DNA of 64,000 nt from assembly GCA_000146465.1 (NCBI GenBank), contig CP001950.1. The stretch is one strand, 5' to 3'. Below, one piece after another: positions 9,014 through 19,127 of the stretch. How positions within the stretch are numbered: the stretch's first letter is position 1; every line of letters starts with the position of its first letter. The notes below the pieces were generated by a model. The model did no database searches and was not told the origin of the DNA. It was given only the letters and a program-made list of their open reading frames with translations. The position numbers were made by a program, and so were the translations under genes.

Positions 9014-11482
9014 ATGAAAATTTCTAAATCCCGACAGATGCCAAAACTCCTAAAAAACTTTGGGTTTTCATCTCTTAGAAAGTTTTTAGCAGCCTACGAT
9101 ATTCCAGATCTTCCAAACATAGTAGATAGGGTGTATATCAAGGCAGATAGAAAGCCTTCAATTTCCTCGTTTGACTGCAAATTGAAGGAAATAGAACTTA
9201 TATCAAAGGCTATCAGAATGCTTTTGTCAAGAGACAAGGAAAACCATCTATGTGCGGGATACAAAAGGTGGAGTTCTGGGCCTCACGATTCAGACTTTAG
9301 AATTTTATGCTACTCACCCAGCGCCTCTTCAAAGATACTTAGGTCACACGAGTGGAGCCATTTGATGAAGTCGATTGGCGACGAGCTAGCTTTTTTCATC
9401 CTCACGGAATGTCTTGTGATTCAAATGTTAAATGGTAGTTATATCTTTCTAGCAGGAGACTTCAAAAGCCTCAGCAAGATGGCCATTGAAAGGGGGAGCA
9501 ACGCTATAAATAGGAGTGTAATCTTTTACAAACATAACCAGAAAATAAGCTTTTCTTCACTTTCCGCTTTTGAATATGTTTTTGAAGCTCACAATTCGGA
9601 AAAATATAAGACAATACAGAGAGACACCAGAGATATACTAGAGAGTATAGAAAAAAGATGGAAAAAGATTCCCATTCACTCTATGTTCAGGTCCTTTTTT
9701 AAGGACGAGTTGACTCTCGAGGGAAAGGGTAATATTTTGGAGTGTAGTGTCAAGCAGTCTAAGTTAGTGAACTTTTTGTTCCTCATTTCAAAGAAACTGC
9801 TTAAAGATGCCTTTGACTCCCATGCATTCAGAATACTGAAATCCAAGCTCTCTTTGTTGGTCCATAGGAACCGCTATGAAACAGTCAGCAAAAATGAGAT
9901 AGCAAAGTACTTTAGAATCTCTCGATTCAAGTTCTTCCGGGCCTATCGATGTAGAAGAAGTGAATTTATTTTCAGGTCCAAGATATCCTCAAGATTTCTT
10001 GTCTATGTGATGGAAAAGCTGATGATACCAATAATTTCAAGGCATTTCCATTCCACAGAAACTTCCTTTTCAAAGTTTAAGGTTCACTACTTCCCAAGAC
10101 CTATCTGGCAGCATTTTTCCGATATTTATATCGAAAGGTTCTTGAAAAGGTTTGAGCAGGTTGAAGAGAACAAGACATATCCTTATTCGGAGCTAAGATG
10201 CATTCCAAAGATGAGTGGAGCCAGGGTTATTTCGAATATGTCCAGAATTAGAAATGGGAGACCGTCGATCAACAGGAATATATATCCTGAATTCTGTGTT
10301 TTAAGAGAGGAGACTCGTGGAATGCTTGGAAATTCGATTCTAAACCATTCGGGAATGTACGAAAAACTTATTCCTTACTTGATAAAGTCCACAAAACCTT
10401 TGTATATCCTAAAGGTAGATCTTTCTGGTTGCTTTGATAACATTCCTCAGGATGAAGTTGTGAACCTAGTGAAGAGACTACTTAGTAAAAGCCGGTATTG
10501 CACAAGAAGCTTTTCTACACTAGGGGAGGCAAACGGGGAACTAAAGAACAGATACGTATGCAAAACAACTGATGTTACAGAAGCCATCGATAGATTGACT
10601 ATGGAGTCTAGTGTCTTTGGAAATAGAATAGTTAAGGAAAATTCGAACCAAAGGATTTTGAGCAGAGAAGAAATTGAGGGAACCATGATAAACATTATCA
10701 AAAGAAACTATGTAAGATACAAAGGAAAGTTCTTTATTCAGAAGACCGGGCTTGCCCAAGGGTGTGTGGCATCTACTCTTTTATGCAGCCTCTACTACAA
10801 GAGGATCGATGACCTTTATTTTGACAAGGTCTTCAAAGAAGGCATTCTTACAAGGTATGCCGACGACTTTCTTGTGGTATCTCCATCCTTAGACGAAATA
10901 ATGAAGTTTCTGGAAGTGTCTCAGTCCATCTCGCACCTGGGGGTTAATTTTAGTAAGGAGAAGATAGAATCAAACTTTGGTTTGGAAGAGTATTTTAAAA
11001 ATACATCCAACATCTCCGAACTCTCCGAACATAAGAACAAGATGAAAATAACCGACAAGCCCATAAAGTGGTGTGGAACAAAGATATATCCCAATAAGTT
11101 TTCAATTAAGTCGTGCACTATGGATCCATATCTTCCCTTTTCTACCGCTCATAGCTCGACTAGGCCTGGAAAGGCTTTGGAGTTGAGGATGAGAAAGTTG
11201 CTACGGAATCGAATGTCCAGAATTTACATAGACCCAAACAACAAAAAAGCATATGAAAACTTATATGATACGTTTCTGTTCTGTGGGAAGAAGGCGTGCC
11301 TTCTTCTCAAAAGGATGGATTTTATCAATTGTTCTTTTGCTCAAAGGATTCTTGAATGTTCAAAACATTTTGCCTTTAAGGTCTGTAGGAAGAATGGAAT
11401 CTCCATAACAAAGAAGAAGATAGAGGACATAGCCTCTAAGGCCTTCAAGAAGAGTGGCATTAGCAAAGTGATAAGTGCTTAG
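9014..11482 (+). CDS. TERT: Telomerase reverse transcriptase (TERT). A second in-frame ATG at 9038 is preceded by a CCC motif.
   Basis: RT motif 2 (SELRCIPKMSGARVISNMS), motif A (LYILKVDLSGCFDNIPQDEV), motif B' (FFIQKTGLAQGCVASTLLCSLYY) and motif C (LTRYADDFLVVSPS) are all present in canonical order. Confidence 0.85.
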   Translation: MKISKSRQMPKLLKNFGFSSLRKFLAAYDIPDLPNIVDRVYIKADRKPSISSFDCKLKEIELISKAIRMLLSRDKENHLCAGYKRWSSGPHDSDFRILCYSPSASSKILRSHEWSHLMKSIGDELAFFILTECLVIQMLNGSYIFLAGDFKSLSKMAIERGSNAINRSVIFYKHNQKISFSSLSAFEYVFEAHNSEKYKTIQRDTRDILESIEKRWKKIPIHSMFRSFFKDELTLEGKGNILECSVKQSKLVNFLFLISKKLLKDAFDSHAFRILKSKLSLLVHRNRYETVSKNEIAKYFRISRFKFFRAYRCRRSEFIFRSKISSRFLVYVMEKLMIPIISRHFHSTETSFSKFKVHYFPRPIWQHFSDIYIERFLKRFEQVEENKTYPYSELRCIPKMSGARVISNMSRIRNGRPSINRNIYPEFCVLREETRGMLGNSILNHSGMYEKLIPYLIKSTKPLYILKVDLSGCFDNIPQDEVVNLVKRLLSKSRYCTRSFSTLGEANGELKNRYVCKTTDVTEAIDRLTMESSVFGNRIVKENSNQRILSREEIEGTMINIIKRNYVRYKGKFFIQKTGLAQGCVASTLLCSLYYKRIDDLYFDKVFKEGILTRYADDFLVVSPSLDEIMKFLEVSQSISHLGVNFSKEKIESNFGLEEYFKNTSNISELSEHKNKMKITDKPIKWCGTKIYPNKFSIKSCTMDPYLPFSTAHSSTRPGKALELRMRKLLRNRMSRIYIDPNNKKAYENLYDTFLFCGKKACLLLKRMDFINCSFAQRILECSKHFAFKVCRKNGISITKKKIEDIASKAFKKSGISKVISA

Positions 11483-11563
11483 TCAACCGGGGAATAAGAC
11501 TCTTTACCTAAGTAAACGTTTTAATGTGAATCTTCTAAGCTTCATTCAAGAACTCTAAAACAT

Positions 11564-12865
11564 TTAGCTCTCAAAGTCTAATCTCTGCTTACTTCGGAAC
11601 CTTTCGGGACTTTTGTCTCTCAAGCCACCGCTTAGCCTTCTACTAAGGGGCGAATAAGCTGGACCTCGGGCATTGCTATGCTCCTTGTCGTCGCTAGTTA
11701 GTTCCATGGTGATTTTATTCGATACTGTTTCAATAGGCCTTCCCAGCACAGGAACGCCTCTTCTCCCATCTCTTGAGTGCAAAAACCATCTAGGCATCAT
11801 GATGGTAAGATGAGGCTTGTAAATCCAATTGTAGACATAGTCAATTGACAGTTTCATTGCTCCAACCTTGTATTTCATGTTCAACTTGTCTCTGCAGGCC
11901 ATCATTAGCAGGTGCGATGGAACAGAATCTCCACATATTGATCTTACAGCACATATAAACAAGTCATTCAGGCCCAGAAAGTTTACAAGGCCTGTCCCTT
12001 TCTCCTTAGACATAAACATTAGAACAATATGTAAAATGTTTCTAAGAGAAATATCATCAACATTGAAGATATCAAACAGAAGATAAAGAGCATTGAGTAA
12101 CGATTTTGCCCCCATGTACCTTTTCATATCCAATCTTACTCCACTATGAAGAGAATCTCTATAACCCCCCTCAAGTAAACACCCATCGAAATCCTTTTTT
12201 TCAAAAAGGATCTTTGCAACTATTTTTCTATACAGCCCATCAAGAAGATATCCTATATATCTATCTCCATGGTAAATCGATATTGCAAACACATTGAACG
12301 ACAAAAACAGCCTCATTCTGTCATCGGGATTCTGTAGCAAAAACAATGTTCTCAGCATTTCCTGGCTAGTAAGTCCTGATCTCTGAACCGGAGTGAGTCT
12401 AACAGGCCTAAATCCATCAATCATCTCCTCAACATCCCCAAATAAATTGAAGCTGTCCAGAAGAAAGCCGAGAAAAAGGCTTTTATCCACACCATCTATT
12501 TGGACCATCAATCCTTCCGATAAGATTGCAAGCTCCTTTAAGAAGTCAGAAAACCCCATGACAAAATGAAGGGAACTCTTAAAGATATTGTAGTTGATTC
12601 TAATCTTTCTCTCCCATCCATTAGTTTTTACAAAAAGAATCCTCTCTATGTTCATTCTGGCCATTGTGTCATGCCCTGCTCGTCTTTTATAGTTGTTCTC
12701 GTCCTCCATAGTGTACTTCTCCCTAGCTTTCTCTTCATGATCTTCATAGCTGCTGATGCATTTTTGTACATACTTTCGTGCGCTAGTGTAAATATAGTTC
12801 ACGGGCATTCCTACATCGATCTCATCATCAAAATTAACTTCTAAGCATGCGATCCCGTCTTCCAT
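11564..12865 (-). CDS. Hypothetical protein with an RS/SP-like C-terminal tail
   Basis: 433-codon ORF. The C-terminus is SPLSRRLSGGLRDKSPERFRSKQR. No family assignment. Confidence 0.4.
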   Translation of the reverse strand: MEDGIACLEVNFDDEIDVGMPVNYIYTSARKYVQKCISSYEDHEEKAREKYTMEDENNYKRRAGHDTMARMNIERILFVKTNGWERKIRINYNIFKSSLHFVMGFSDFLKELAILSEGLMVQIDGVDKSLFLGFLLDSFNLFGDVEEMIDGFRPVRLTPVQRSGLTSQEMLRTLFLLQNPDDRMRLFLSFNVFAISIYHGDRYIGYLLDGLYRKIVAKILFEKKDFDGCLLEGGYRDSLHSGVRLDMKRYMGAKSLLNALYLLFDIFNVDDISLRNILHIVLMFMSKEKGTGLVNFLGLNDLFICAVRSICGDSVPSHLLMMACRDKLNMKYKVGAMKLSIDYVYNWIYKPHLTIMMPRWFLHSRDGRRGVPVLGRPIETVSNKITMELTSDDKEHSNARGPAYSPLSRRLSGGLRDKSPERFRSKQRLDFES

Positions 12866-13126
12866 CCGTTACGGCTGTGATTAAAATTATTTTGTTCATT
12901 TTTATTATAAAGGTAATTTAAAATGTGTTTAAAATTAGATTTGTTATTCCATCGGACCTTCTTTTCTTGTAAACATTTACTTTTCTTGAAAGAAATAGAA
13001 CCTGGCATTTTGATCTTTCATCCGGCTAGATGCTCTTTATTTCCTGCTCTCCAAATGTAATGTTTATCAGAGAAACTAAGCCGATTAAAACATAAAGGAT
13101 TAAAATACACCCAGGCTCACCCCAGG

Positions 13127-13855
13127 ATGTCTAATTTGGATTTCTGCACTATCTACACAACAACAGGCCAAATTGATCAACTTTCCTATGCACAAAAGGC
13201 TGCAGATTCAGGCGATACATGTATCGGAATAAAAAGTAGGAATGGAATAGTTCTATTGGCAGAAAAGCCTCGGATTTCTCCCCTCTATGTGCTTGAATCT
13301 GATGAAAGGATAAAAAGAGCAGGAAATTCTGTTGCAGTTGTATCCACAGGATTGACTCCAGATGTGTTTTATGTCGGGTGTGCAGTTAAAGATCATGTAT
13401 TCCATCACAAGGAAAACTTCAACGAGGACCCCACTCCGGAGATTATGAAGGTCTATCTGAATGATATATTCCATTATTTCACTAGAAGCATTAATCTCAG
13501 GGTTTTGGGGGTAAATAGCCTGGCAAGTGTATACAAGGAAGGAAGGTTTTCATTACTGCATACCGATTGCTCTGGAAAAACACTCTCCTACAAGGCAGCA
13601 TGCATAGGAAAAGGAACGAGAAGAATCAAGACAGAGCTTGAGAAGCTAGACATCGACAATATGACGATTGAGGAGATGGTGGACACAGGGGTGAAAGTGC
13701 TGTATATGGCACATGATCCTTCCAAAGACAAGGAGTTCGATATTGAAGTTGGAATTGTATCTACAGAGACAGGGGGAAAGCTAAGAAAACTTGAAAGTAA
13801 TGAGATACAAATATTTGTTGACAAGCATAAGCACATGAGTGTTGATGAAGACTAG
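13127..13855 (+). CDS. 20S proteasome alpha-type subunit
   Basis: N-terminal alpha-subunit signature (FCTIYTTTGQIDQLSYAQKAADSGDTCIGIKSRNGIVLLAEK) and overall length. The upstream CACCCAGG sits directly before the ATG. Confidence 0.8.
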   Translation: MSNLDFCTIYTTTGQIDQLSYAQKAADSGDTCIGIKSRNGIVLLAEKPRISPLYVLESDERIKRAGNSVAVVSTGLTPDVFYVGCAVKDHVFHHKENFNEDPTPEIMKVYLNDIFHYFTRSINLRVLGVNSLASVYKEGRFSLLHTDCSGKTLSYKAACIGKGTRRIKTELEKLDIDNMTIEEMVDTGVKVLYMAHDPSKDKEFDIEVGIVSTETGGKLRKLESNEIQIFVDKHKHMSVDED

Positions 13856-13906
13856 GGAAAGGCCCCTCTTGTTCTGCAATAAATCCCTTGGTCTACTGCA
13901 CCCTTT

Positions 13907-14689
13907 ATGACATCTGTAATAAACTACCGATTTCGCTCGAATAAAAACTTTTCACGGATTGTATTCCAAGGAACTGGACTACCTTTGTGGGAACTCAAGT
14001 ACGAGATAATCAACCAAAGAAAGATGGTCTCGAAGGATTTCGACCTACTATTTTTCGATGGAGAAACGGATGAAGAAATAAATGACGAATATCAGATCAT
14101 TTCGATGAATAGCCATGTGATAGTAAACAGGATTCCCTTGTGGATGTCAAAAGGAGGATACAATGTCAAAGAGAAGAGGCTTGAGTCCCAGACCCATCAC
14201 CACAATACACAAAGACATGGAAAGACTGTTCCTGAAAGCTATGTGTGCTTCCGGTGCGGGCAAAAAGGACATTATATTCAGAACTGCCACACAAATCAAG
14301 ATAAGGCATTTGACATTCTGAGAATCCGGAAGCCTTCGGGGATTCCCAAAGACTTTCTTGTCCCTGTATCTGGAGAAAGTGTCCCAACAAATGCTGCCAT
14401 GTTAGTTACTCCGGAAGGAGGATACGTTAAAGCTCAGCCTCAGGTTCAAGAATGGAAGAAGTACAAGCAAAGGACTAAAATGACAGTTGAGATTCCAGAC
14501 AGACTGAAATGTCCTTTGTGTCACTGTTTACTTGTAAATCCGATGAGAACAAACTGCGGACACACATTCTGTGATCAATGCGTAGGGATCGATAGAAAAT
14601 GCTATGTGTGCTCGAAAGTTGTTGAAAACTTCACGCAAGACATAGCCATGAAAGTTGAAGTTGAGAAAGCTATAGAACAAAGAAGATAA
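13907..14689 (+). CDS. Mpe1/RBBP6-like: DWNN domain, CCHC zinc knuckle and RING finger
   Basis: DWNN N-terminus (MTSVINYRFRSNKNFSRIVFQGTGLPLWELKYEI). Zinc knuckle CFRCGQKGHYIQNC. RING CPLCHCLLVNPMRTNCGHTFCDQC. Confidence 0.75.
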   Translation: MTSVINYRFRSNKNFSRIVFQGTGLPLWELKYEIINQRKMVSKDFDLLFFDGETDEEINDEYQIISMNSHVIVNRIPLWMSKGGYNVKEKRLESQTHHHNTQRHGKTVPESYVCFRCGQKGHYIQNCHTNQDKAFDILRIRKPSGIPKDFLVPVSGESVPTNAAMLVTPEGGYVKAQPQVQEWKKYKQRTKMTVEIPDRLKCPLCHCLLVNPMRTNCGHTFCDQCVGIDRKCYVCSKVVENFTQDIAMKVEVEKAIEQRR

Positions 14690-14784
14690 GAATATGCTAA
14701 ACAATTAAAACACCATATAAATATTCTAAAGAAAGGCAACCATAAAACTTGTATTTGTTATAAGTGAAGCCCAAGAGTCTCTTT

Positions 14785-16137
14785 TTAAAGTATGTTTTTG
14801 TAGAGGAAGTATTCAAAGAAGGGGTTGTCCGGAATTGAGTCAACATGTGTAGAGTCCTGGTCGAACTCCCGGCATCTTGGGTTTGTACAGTCTGAAAACT
14901 CTATGTCATAGTATGCAGAGATGTCCTTAATTAGACTTCTGAATTCGGGCACGGATCTGGAGCAGCAGCAGAGAATAAGTCTTTTGAGGAGGACATGTGC
15001 TCTATGGATTGGCTGGCGTATCTTTATAAATAAGAATCTGATGACCTTGACGAGTTCATCATTGTCCACAATCTCAGGGTTTATTGGATGAATCATGGAG
15101 TACAGAAGATCCACCAATCCATTGAAATCATAGCATTCATCCTCATACAAGGTTAGTATGGAAAGGATCCCCTGGACCTTGGCGTCAGAGGGTATCTTTG
15201 AAAGGCTGTTGTTTAGTAGGAAATAGAGGCCCTCCATGAACCCTGGACGAAGAATTTTCCTATACTTCACAAGCCCCATAAACACATATTTATAACACTC
15301 GTATCTATCTCCCTTAAGAACCGTGAAGTACAACCTTTGAATGGCATCATAGATCCTCTTACAACTTTTCATTTCTTCAATACGCCCTTCGATGTCCTCT
15401 TCATCTTTAACCTCAGACTGAAGACTTAGACGCTCTTTCTCCATCTTCTTAAGTTTTTTGTTAAATATGCGTTTTCTATGGAATATGCTATTCTTGTCTC
15501 TCCTGGATACTCCCCTGTTTGCCTCCCAATACTCTTTGGCTTTCTCTTCATCACTCTTCAAAGAGTTGTTTACAAATGGAATGTCCAACAAGTATTCCAG
15601 AATCAAGGGATTGTACTCGAAGTCAAGCATCTGGTCTAGTATAGTTGCAATCAACTCACCGGAACAATCGCTTCTCAGCTTCAACTTTATTGTGTTGCAG
15701 CACATCATCGGTACAGACCCCTTTCCAAGAGATCCTCTCAGAACCCCCGAGACAATCTTGTCTGTGGCATTAAAGTGGTCGAAATGCTGTAAGACCTCGC
15801 ACAATGAGATATAACTTTCGTTAGATATATCATCAACCATGGTCTTTACATAAGATGTGTACCATTTAAGAAGATTCTTATCATGGTCTTTCAAGTGAAG
15901 AGCATCTCTTTTGTCTTTCACCACGTCTTTCAAAGACCTCACTTTGTACAGAGGAATGACTGCTTTAAACACTTTAAAAAGAGACAGATAAACCATTCCC
16001 TTTGCTTTCCCTTCAAATGATCCATTTCTAAGCATCTCAAATATTCCCTCCATCATATCTAGGTTCTCCTGTGGGTTTTCTATGATCTTTGTGCATATGG
16101 ACCCAATCTTCGACTTCTGCTGATCCATTTTATCCAT
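14785..16137 (-). CDS. Hypothetical alpha-helical protein; possibly a NOC3/CBF-domain nucleolar protein
   Basis: 450-codon ORF, all-helical composition. Weak resemblance only. Confidence 0.3.
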   Translation of the reverse strand: MDKMDQQKSKIGSICTKIIENPQENLDMMEGIFEMLRNGSFEGKAKGMVYLSLFKVFKAVIPLYKVRSLKDVVKDKRDALHLKDHDKNLLKWYTSYVKTMVDDISNESYISLCEVLQHFDHFNATDKIVSGVLRGSLGKGSVPMMCCNTIKLKLRSDCSGELIATILDQMLDFEYNPLILEYLLDIPFVNNSLKSDEEKAKEYWEANRGVSRRDKNSIFHRKRIFNKKLKKMEKERLSLQSEVKDEEDIEGRIEEMKSCKRIYDAIQRLYFTVLKGDRYECYKYVFMGLVKYRKILRPGFMEGLYFLLNNSLSKIPSDAKVQGILSILTLYEDECYDFNGLVDLLYSMIHPINPEIVDNDELVKVIRFLFIKIRQPIHRAHVLLKRLILCCCSRSVPEFRSLIKDISAYYDIEFSDCTNPRCREFDQDSTHVDSIPDNPFFEYFLYKNIL

Positions 16138-16257
16138 CGGCTAACAGTATATTTTTTATTGGAGCAAAAAGCAGATTGGTTGGAAACCAAATATGGAAGA
16201 ATTGATAAGATTTATTGACTTAGATACGGATATACTGAATGACCACGACAGAACTTC

Positions 16258-16611
16258 CTACGGTTCTATCCGAGCTTCGTTGTCTATCTTTTGCTTGCTT
16301 GGGCTACACTGGCACAAGATGGAAATCTTACTTATATAGATGAAAGGCTTCATTTCTCTAATGCAAAGAACATCTCCATCTATTTCGTAGTGAATTTTTG
16401 AAAGACAGATGCAATTGCTGGCCTTGTGCTTCTTGCATTTGCTAATATCACTTTCACACCTGCCGTTCTGGTTGCACTGTTCTCCTGTATTCCCAGTACC
16501 TTGAGACAAATACAACACAAGTGTGTCTTCTCCAGAAACTTCCCCAATTCGAATATCCCCGGGCCTGGCTTCGGTGTTTGGAATACTGTTTTCGGCGGTG
16601 TTCTCCTCCAT
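16258..16611 (-). CDS. Small Cys-rich hypothetical protein (117 aa)
   Basis: ATG verified at 16609-16611. Cys cluster: CNQNGRCESDISKCKKHKASNCICLSK...CQCS. It lies in an otherwise 558-bp gap. Confidence 0.3.
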   Translation of the reverse strand: MEENTAENSIPNTEARPGDIRIGEVSGEDTLVLYLSQGTGNTGEQCNQNGRCESDISKCKKHKASNCICLSKIHYEIDGDVLCIREMKPFIYISKISILCQCSPSKQKIDNEARIEP

Positions 16612-16695
16612 CTTAGGAATTCCGTCTTTGCACCTCGGAGCGTTTTATCTGTTTCATACATGACGTCAAAATAAGGAGATGATAGGATCTATCTA

Positions 16696-17448
16696 TTGAC
16701 CATCTGCTTGGAAGCAGAAGAAAGAGACCTGGGCAAAGAAGCAAGATTTCCCTGCAAAATTTTACCCAAGATGATTGCAGTAATAGACACAGGATATTTC
16801 ATAGAAAGGCAGATTCCTACAGACAAGGTGATTAGGGGATATGTTACAGATTCTGTTATAAATGAACTTAAGACTGCAGAGTCTGAAGAATATCTCAAGT
16901 TCTTCTCCTTCATGATAGAGGTAAGGAATCCTTCGGAAGAATATGTAGAGAAGGTTAGAAGAGATCTTAGAAAAGAGGTCAACAACTTGAGTAATACAGA
17001 TATCGAGGTTGTAGCACTAACACTGGAACTAAAAGATGAGGTCTCGGAAATGTGGGTTGGGCCGGAAAGCCAGAACCAAGAGGAAGTTGTTTGCTTTACA
17101 AATGACAACGGGATAAAGAATGCGTTATTGCGGTACACTATATACGAGAGCTCTATGTTTTCCTCTCGAAAGTATAAAGTCCGATGCTATGGATGTTTTA
17201 GCCTTTTTTCCGAGAATCTGGACTTCTGCAAAAAATGTGGACATCGAACACTGACAAGAATAGCCGTTGGAGACACGGAGAATGGGGAGGTTATGTTTTT
17301 TAAGAAAGGATACGAATACAGGAAGCCAAAGACACTTAAGAATGCAAAGGGAGTGGAACTCCGGAGTGCAGATCAGAGAGAGTATGTCCAGTATCAAAAA
17401 AATCTAAAGAGTAAAAGCAACAGGTCCCAGAGAGGACTAGATTTCTGA
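16696..17448 (+). CDS. NOB1: Nob1-like endonuclease (PIN domain plus C4 zinc ribbon). Probable start at ATG 16771.
   Basis: PIN start MIAVIDTGYFIERQ. Zinc ribbon CYGCFSLFSENLDFCKKCGH. Confidence 0.65.
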   Translation: MTICLEAEERDLGKEARFPCKILPKMIAVIDTGYFIERQIPTDKVIRGYVTDSVINELKTAESEEYLKFFSFMIEVRNPSEEYVEKVRRDLRKEVNNLSNTDIEVVALTLELKDEVSEMWVGPESQNQEEVVCFTNDNGIKNALLRYTIYESSMFSSRKYKVRCYGCFSLFSENLDFCKKCGHRTLTRIAVGDTENGEVMFFKKGYEYRKPKTLKNAKGVELRSADQREYVQYQKNLKSKSNRSQRGLDF

Positions 17449-17457
17449 AATCATGAG

Positions 17458-17778
17458 TTATTGTTTATTGAGGCTTATGATGTCGTATAAAAAGAATAAA
17501 CCTTCCGAAACTATCACTTTTTTTATATCATCTGCCGATACCTCTTGCTTCTGTCTCTTACCAGATATCTCCTTTGCCTTGTTCAATATAAACTCTGAGA
17601 GGATGGAGACGTATTTCGATATCAGTTTCATTCTTCTCTCTTCGGTGCTAAGGTTTATTAAAGCTGCAATATCAGAAACATTTTGAAGATCTAGAATCTT
17701 AGCTGGAGCCTGTTTCCCTCCATCTACCTTAATCTTTTTACAAACCGTCAGTATATTGTTTCTGTATCCCATAGGCAT
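17458..17778 (-). CDS. Small hypothetical protein; possible histone-fold
   Basis: 106 aa. Helix-loop-helix-like segment PAKILDLQNVSDIAALINLSTEERRMKLISKYVSILSEF...ADDIKKVI. Weak. Confidence 0.25.
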   Translation of the reverse strand: MPMGYRNNILTVCKKIKVDGGKQAPAKILDLQNVSDIAALINLSTEERRMKLISKYVSILSEFILNKAKEISGKRQKQEVSADDIKKVIVSEGLFFLYDIISLNKQ

Positions 17779-17876
17779 CCCTGGGTGGAGGATTTATATT
17801 TGTTAGATAAAGACGGAGTACAATCTCCTTCCAAAGATTGTGAGGGCCTATTTCTGGAATCTGAAAACACCGTTAA

Positions 17877-18806
17877 ATGAAGGGGAAAGACTTGAAGGAA
17901 GAAATAAAAGAATCCTCTGGAGAAAATCGAGTTATGTTCGGAAATCCTACAAAGAGGCTTGCCTGTATTGGAATGAATTGGAGAAACATAAATGTCAAAG
18001 ATCTGTTTAAGATCTTCAACTCAATTCTACTGGGCTCATCTCCTCTGAGTGTGAAGCTCTGTAAAACCAAGATAGGAAGAGAACGTCTTGGAGACAACAA
18101 CATTTTTGTCAAGAGCTGTGAAGAGGGAAGGATCGATGAATGTTACACTGCTGTTGCCGAATTTGAGGATGTAGATGATTCAAAGCACATATATACTGCA
18201 TGCGACGGAGTAAGATTAGGGAACTCGGGAATGGTGTTTGATCTGAGATTTGTGCCGGACTCTCTTGATCTTCAAAACGTATGTGATGAGGCTTTCAACG
18301 ATGACGGATGTGAAGAAAAGGACTTTGTTGTCAGAGAGAAGAAAGAGGAGGAAGATGATAGTGAGATAGAGTCTCGGCTTGAGAAATTATTCAAAGAAAA
18401 GGAAATCAACTTCGACCTTGTCTCCGAGCTGGTCGACATGTCTGATGATGAGAACATTTCCGGCCTGCAAGACCATCTGCCAATTTCTTCGGAGAACGAG
18501 AAGAGCAAGTTCCTAGAGTCCAGCTCCGACGATTTTAACGACGAAATATCGGAGGATAAGGAGATCGAAAATAAGAAAGCCAAGAAGAAAGAGTCTAGTA
18601 AGAAAGACATAGAAACCATTCCCAGAGGAAAGCCAATAGACGAGTGTGATGGCTTTATGTTTGATCCAAAAGACAAAAGATTCGAGGCAATATTTGAAGA
18701 CGAAGACTTTGCCATTGACCCCACACACCCCGAGTATAAGAGAAAGGGCGGTTTGAAGGAGATATTAGATGAAAAGAGAAAAAGAATTAAGGATAACATT
18801 GATTAA
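17877..18806 (+). CDS. Acidic protein with an RRM-like N-terminal domain; possible nucleolar factor
   Basis: RRM-like core (RLACIGMNWRNINVKDLFKIFNSI...CYTAVAEFEDVDD), followed by long D/E/K/S-rich low-complexity sequence. Confidence 0.35.
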   Translation: MKGKDLKEEIKESSGENRVMFGNPTKRLACIGMNWRNINVKDLFKIFNSILLGSSPLSVKLCKTKIGRERLGDNNIFVKSCEEGRIDECYTAVAEFEDVDDSKHIYTACDGVRLGNSGMVFDLRFVPDSLDLQNVCDEAFNDDGCEEKDFVVREKKEEEDDSEIESRLEKLFKEKEINFDLVSELVDMSDDENISGLQDHLPISSENEKSKFLESSSDDFNDEISEDKEIENKKAKKKESSKKDIETIPRGKPIDECDGFMFDPKDKRFEAIFEDEDFAIDPTHPEYKRKGGLKEILDEKRKRIKDNID

Positions 18807-18860
18807 AGTTTCTTTGGATTAACACACAACCGGTTTGAGATTTACAATAGTGCAAGTAAA

Positions 18861-19050
18861 CCGTTTATTCTTAATAGATTTTCAACTTCTTTGATCTCCA
18901 GTGTCTTCTTGCCTTGTTGTACTCCCCCTTGTGCTCCTTCATCATTCTCTTCCATGCAGGAATCTCTCTGTTCCTCTTCAAGGCTCTCATGAGCCTTGTC
19001 TTCACCAAAGCAGTCTTTCTTGATCCCTAGAAATTAACCCGAGTCAAATC
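18861..19050 (-). CDS. RPL39: 60S ribosomal protein eL39, with a 31-nt intron. Exon 1 is the ATG at 19048-19050. The intron is 19017-19047. Exon 2 is 18861-19016.
   Basis: Exon 2 encodes [51 protein letters not shown]. This aligns with eL39 ([50 protein letters not shown]). An in-frame TAG precedes GGATCA, and the ATG lies 31 nt upstream. It is followed by GTAAGG and the intron ends TTAATTTCTAG. Confidence 0.8.
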
Positions 19051-19127
19051 GCCTTACCATTTCGTCGGGGCTCAAATTTTTCTCAAAATAACCTTACCGA
19101 GGAGCTTCCAAGATGAGGAGCCAAAGG

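Noticed and set aside
19091-19097. A second GGTAAGG (minus strand) 41 nt upstream of the eL39 ATG, a possible 5'-UTR intron
   Set aside because: No matching TAATTT-AG acceptor between it and the ATG. More likely a chance repeat or a promoter element.
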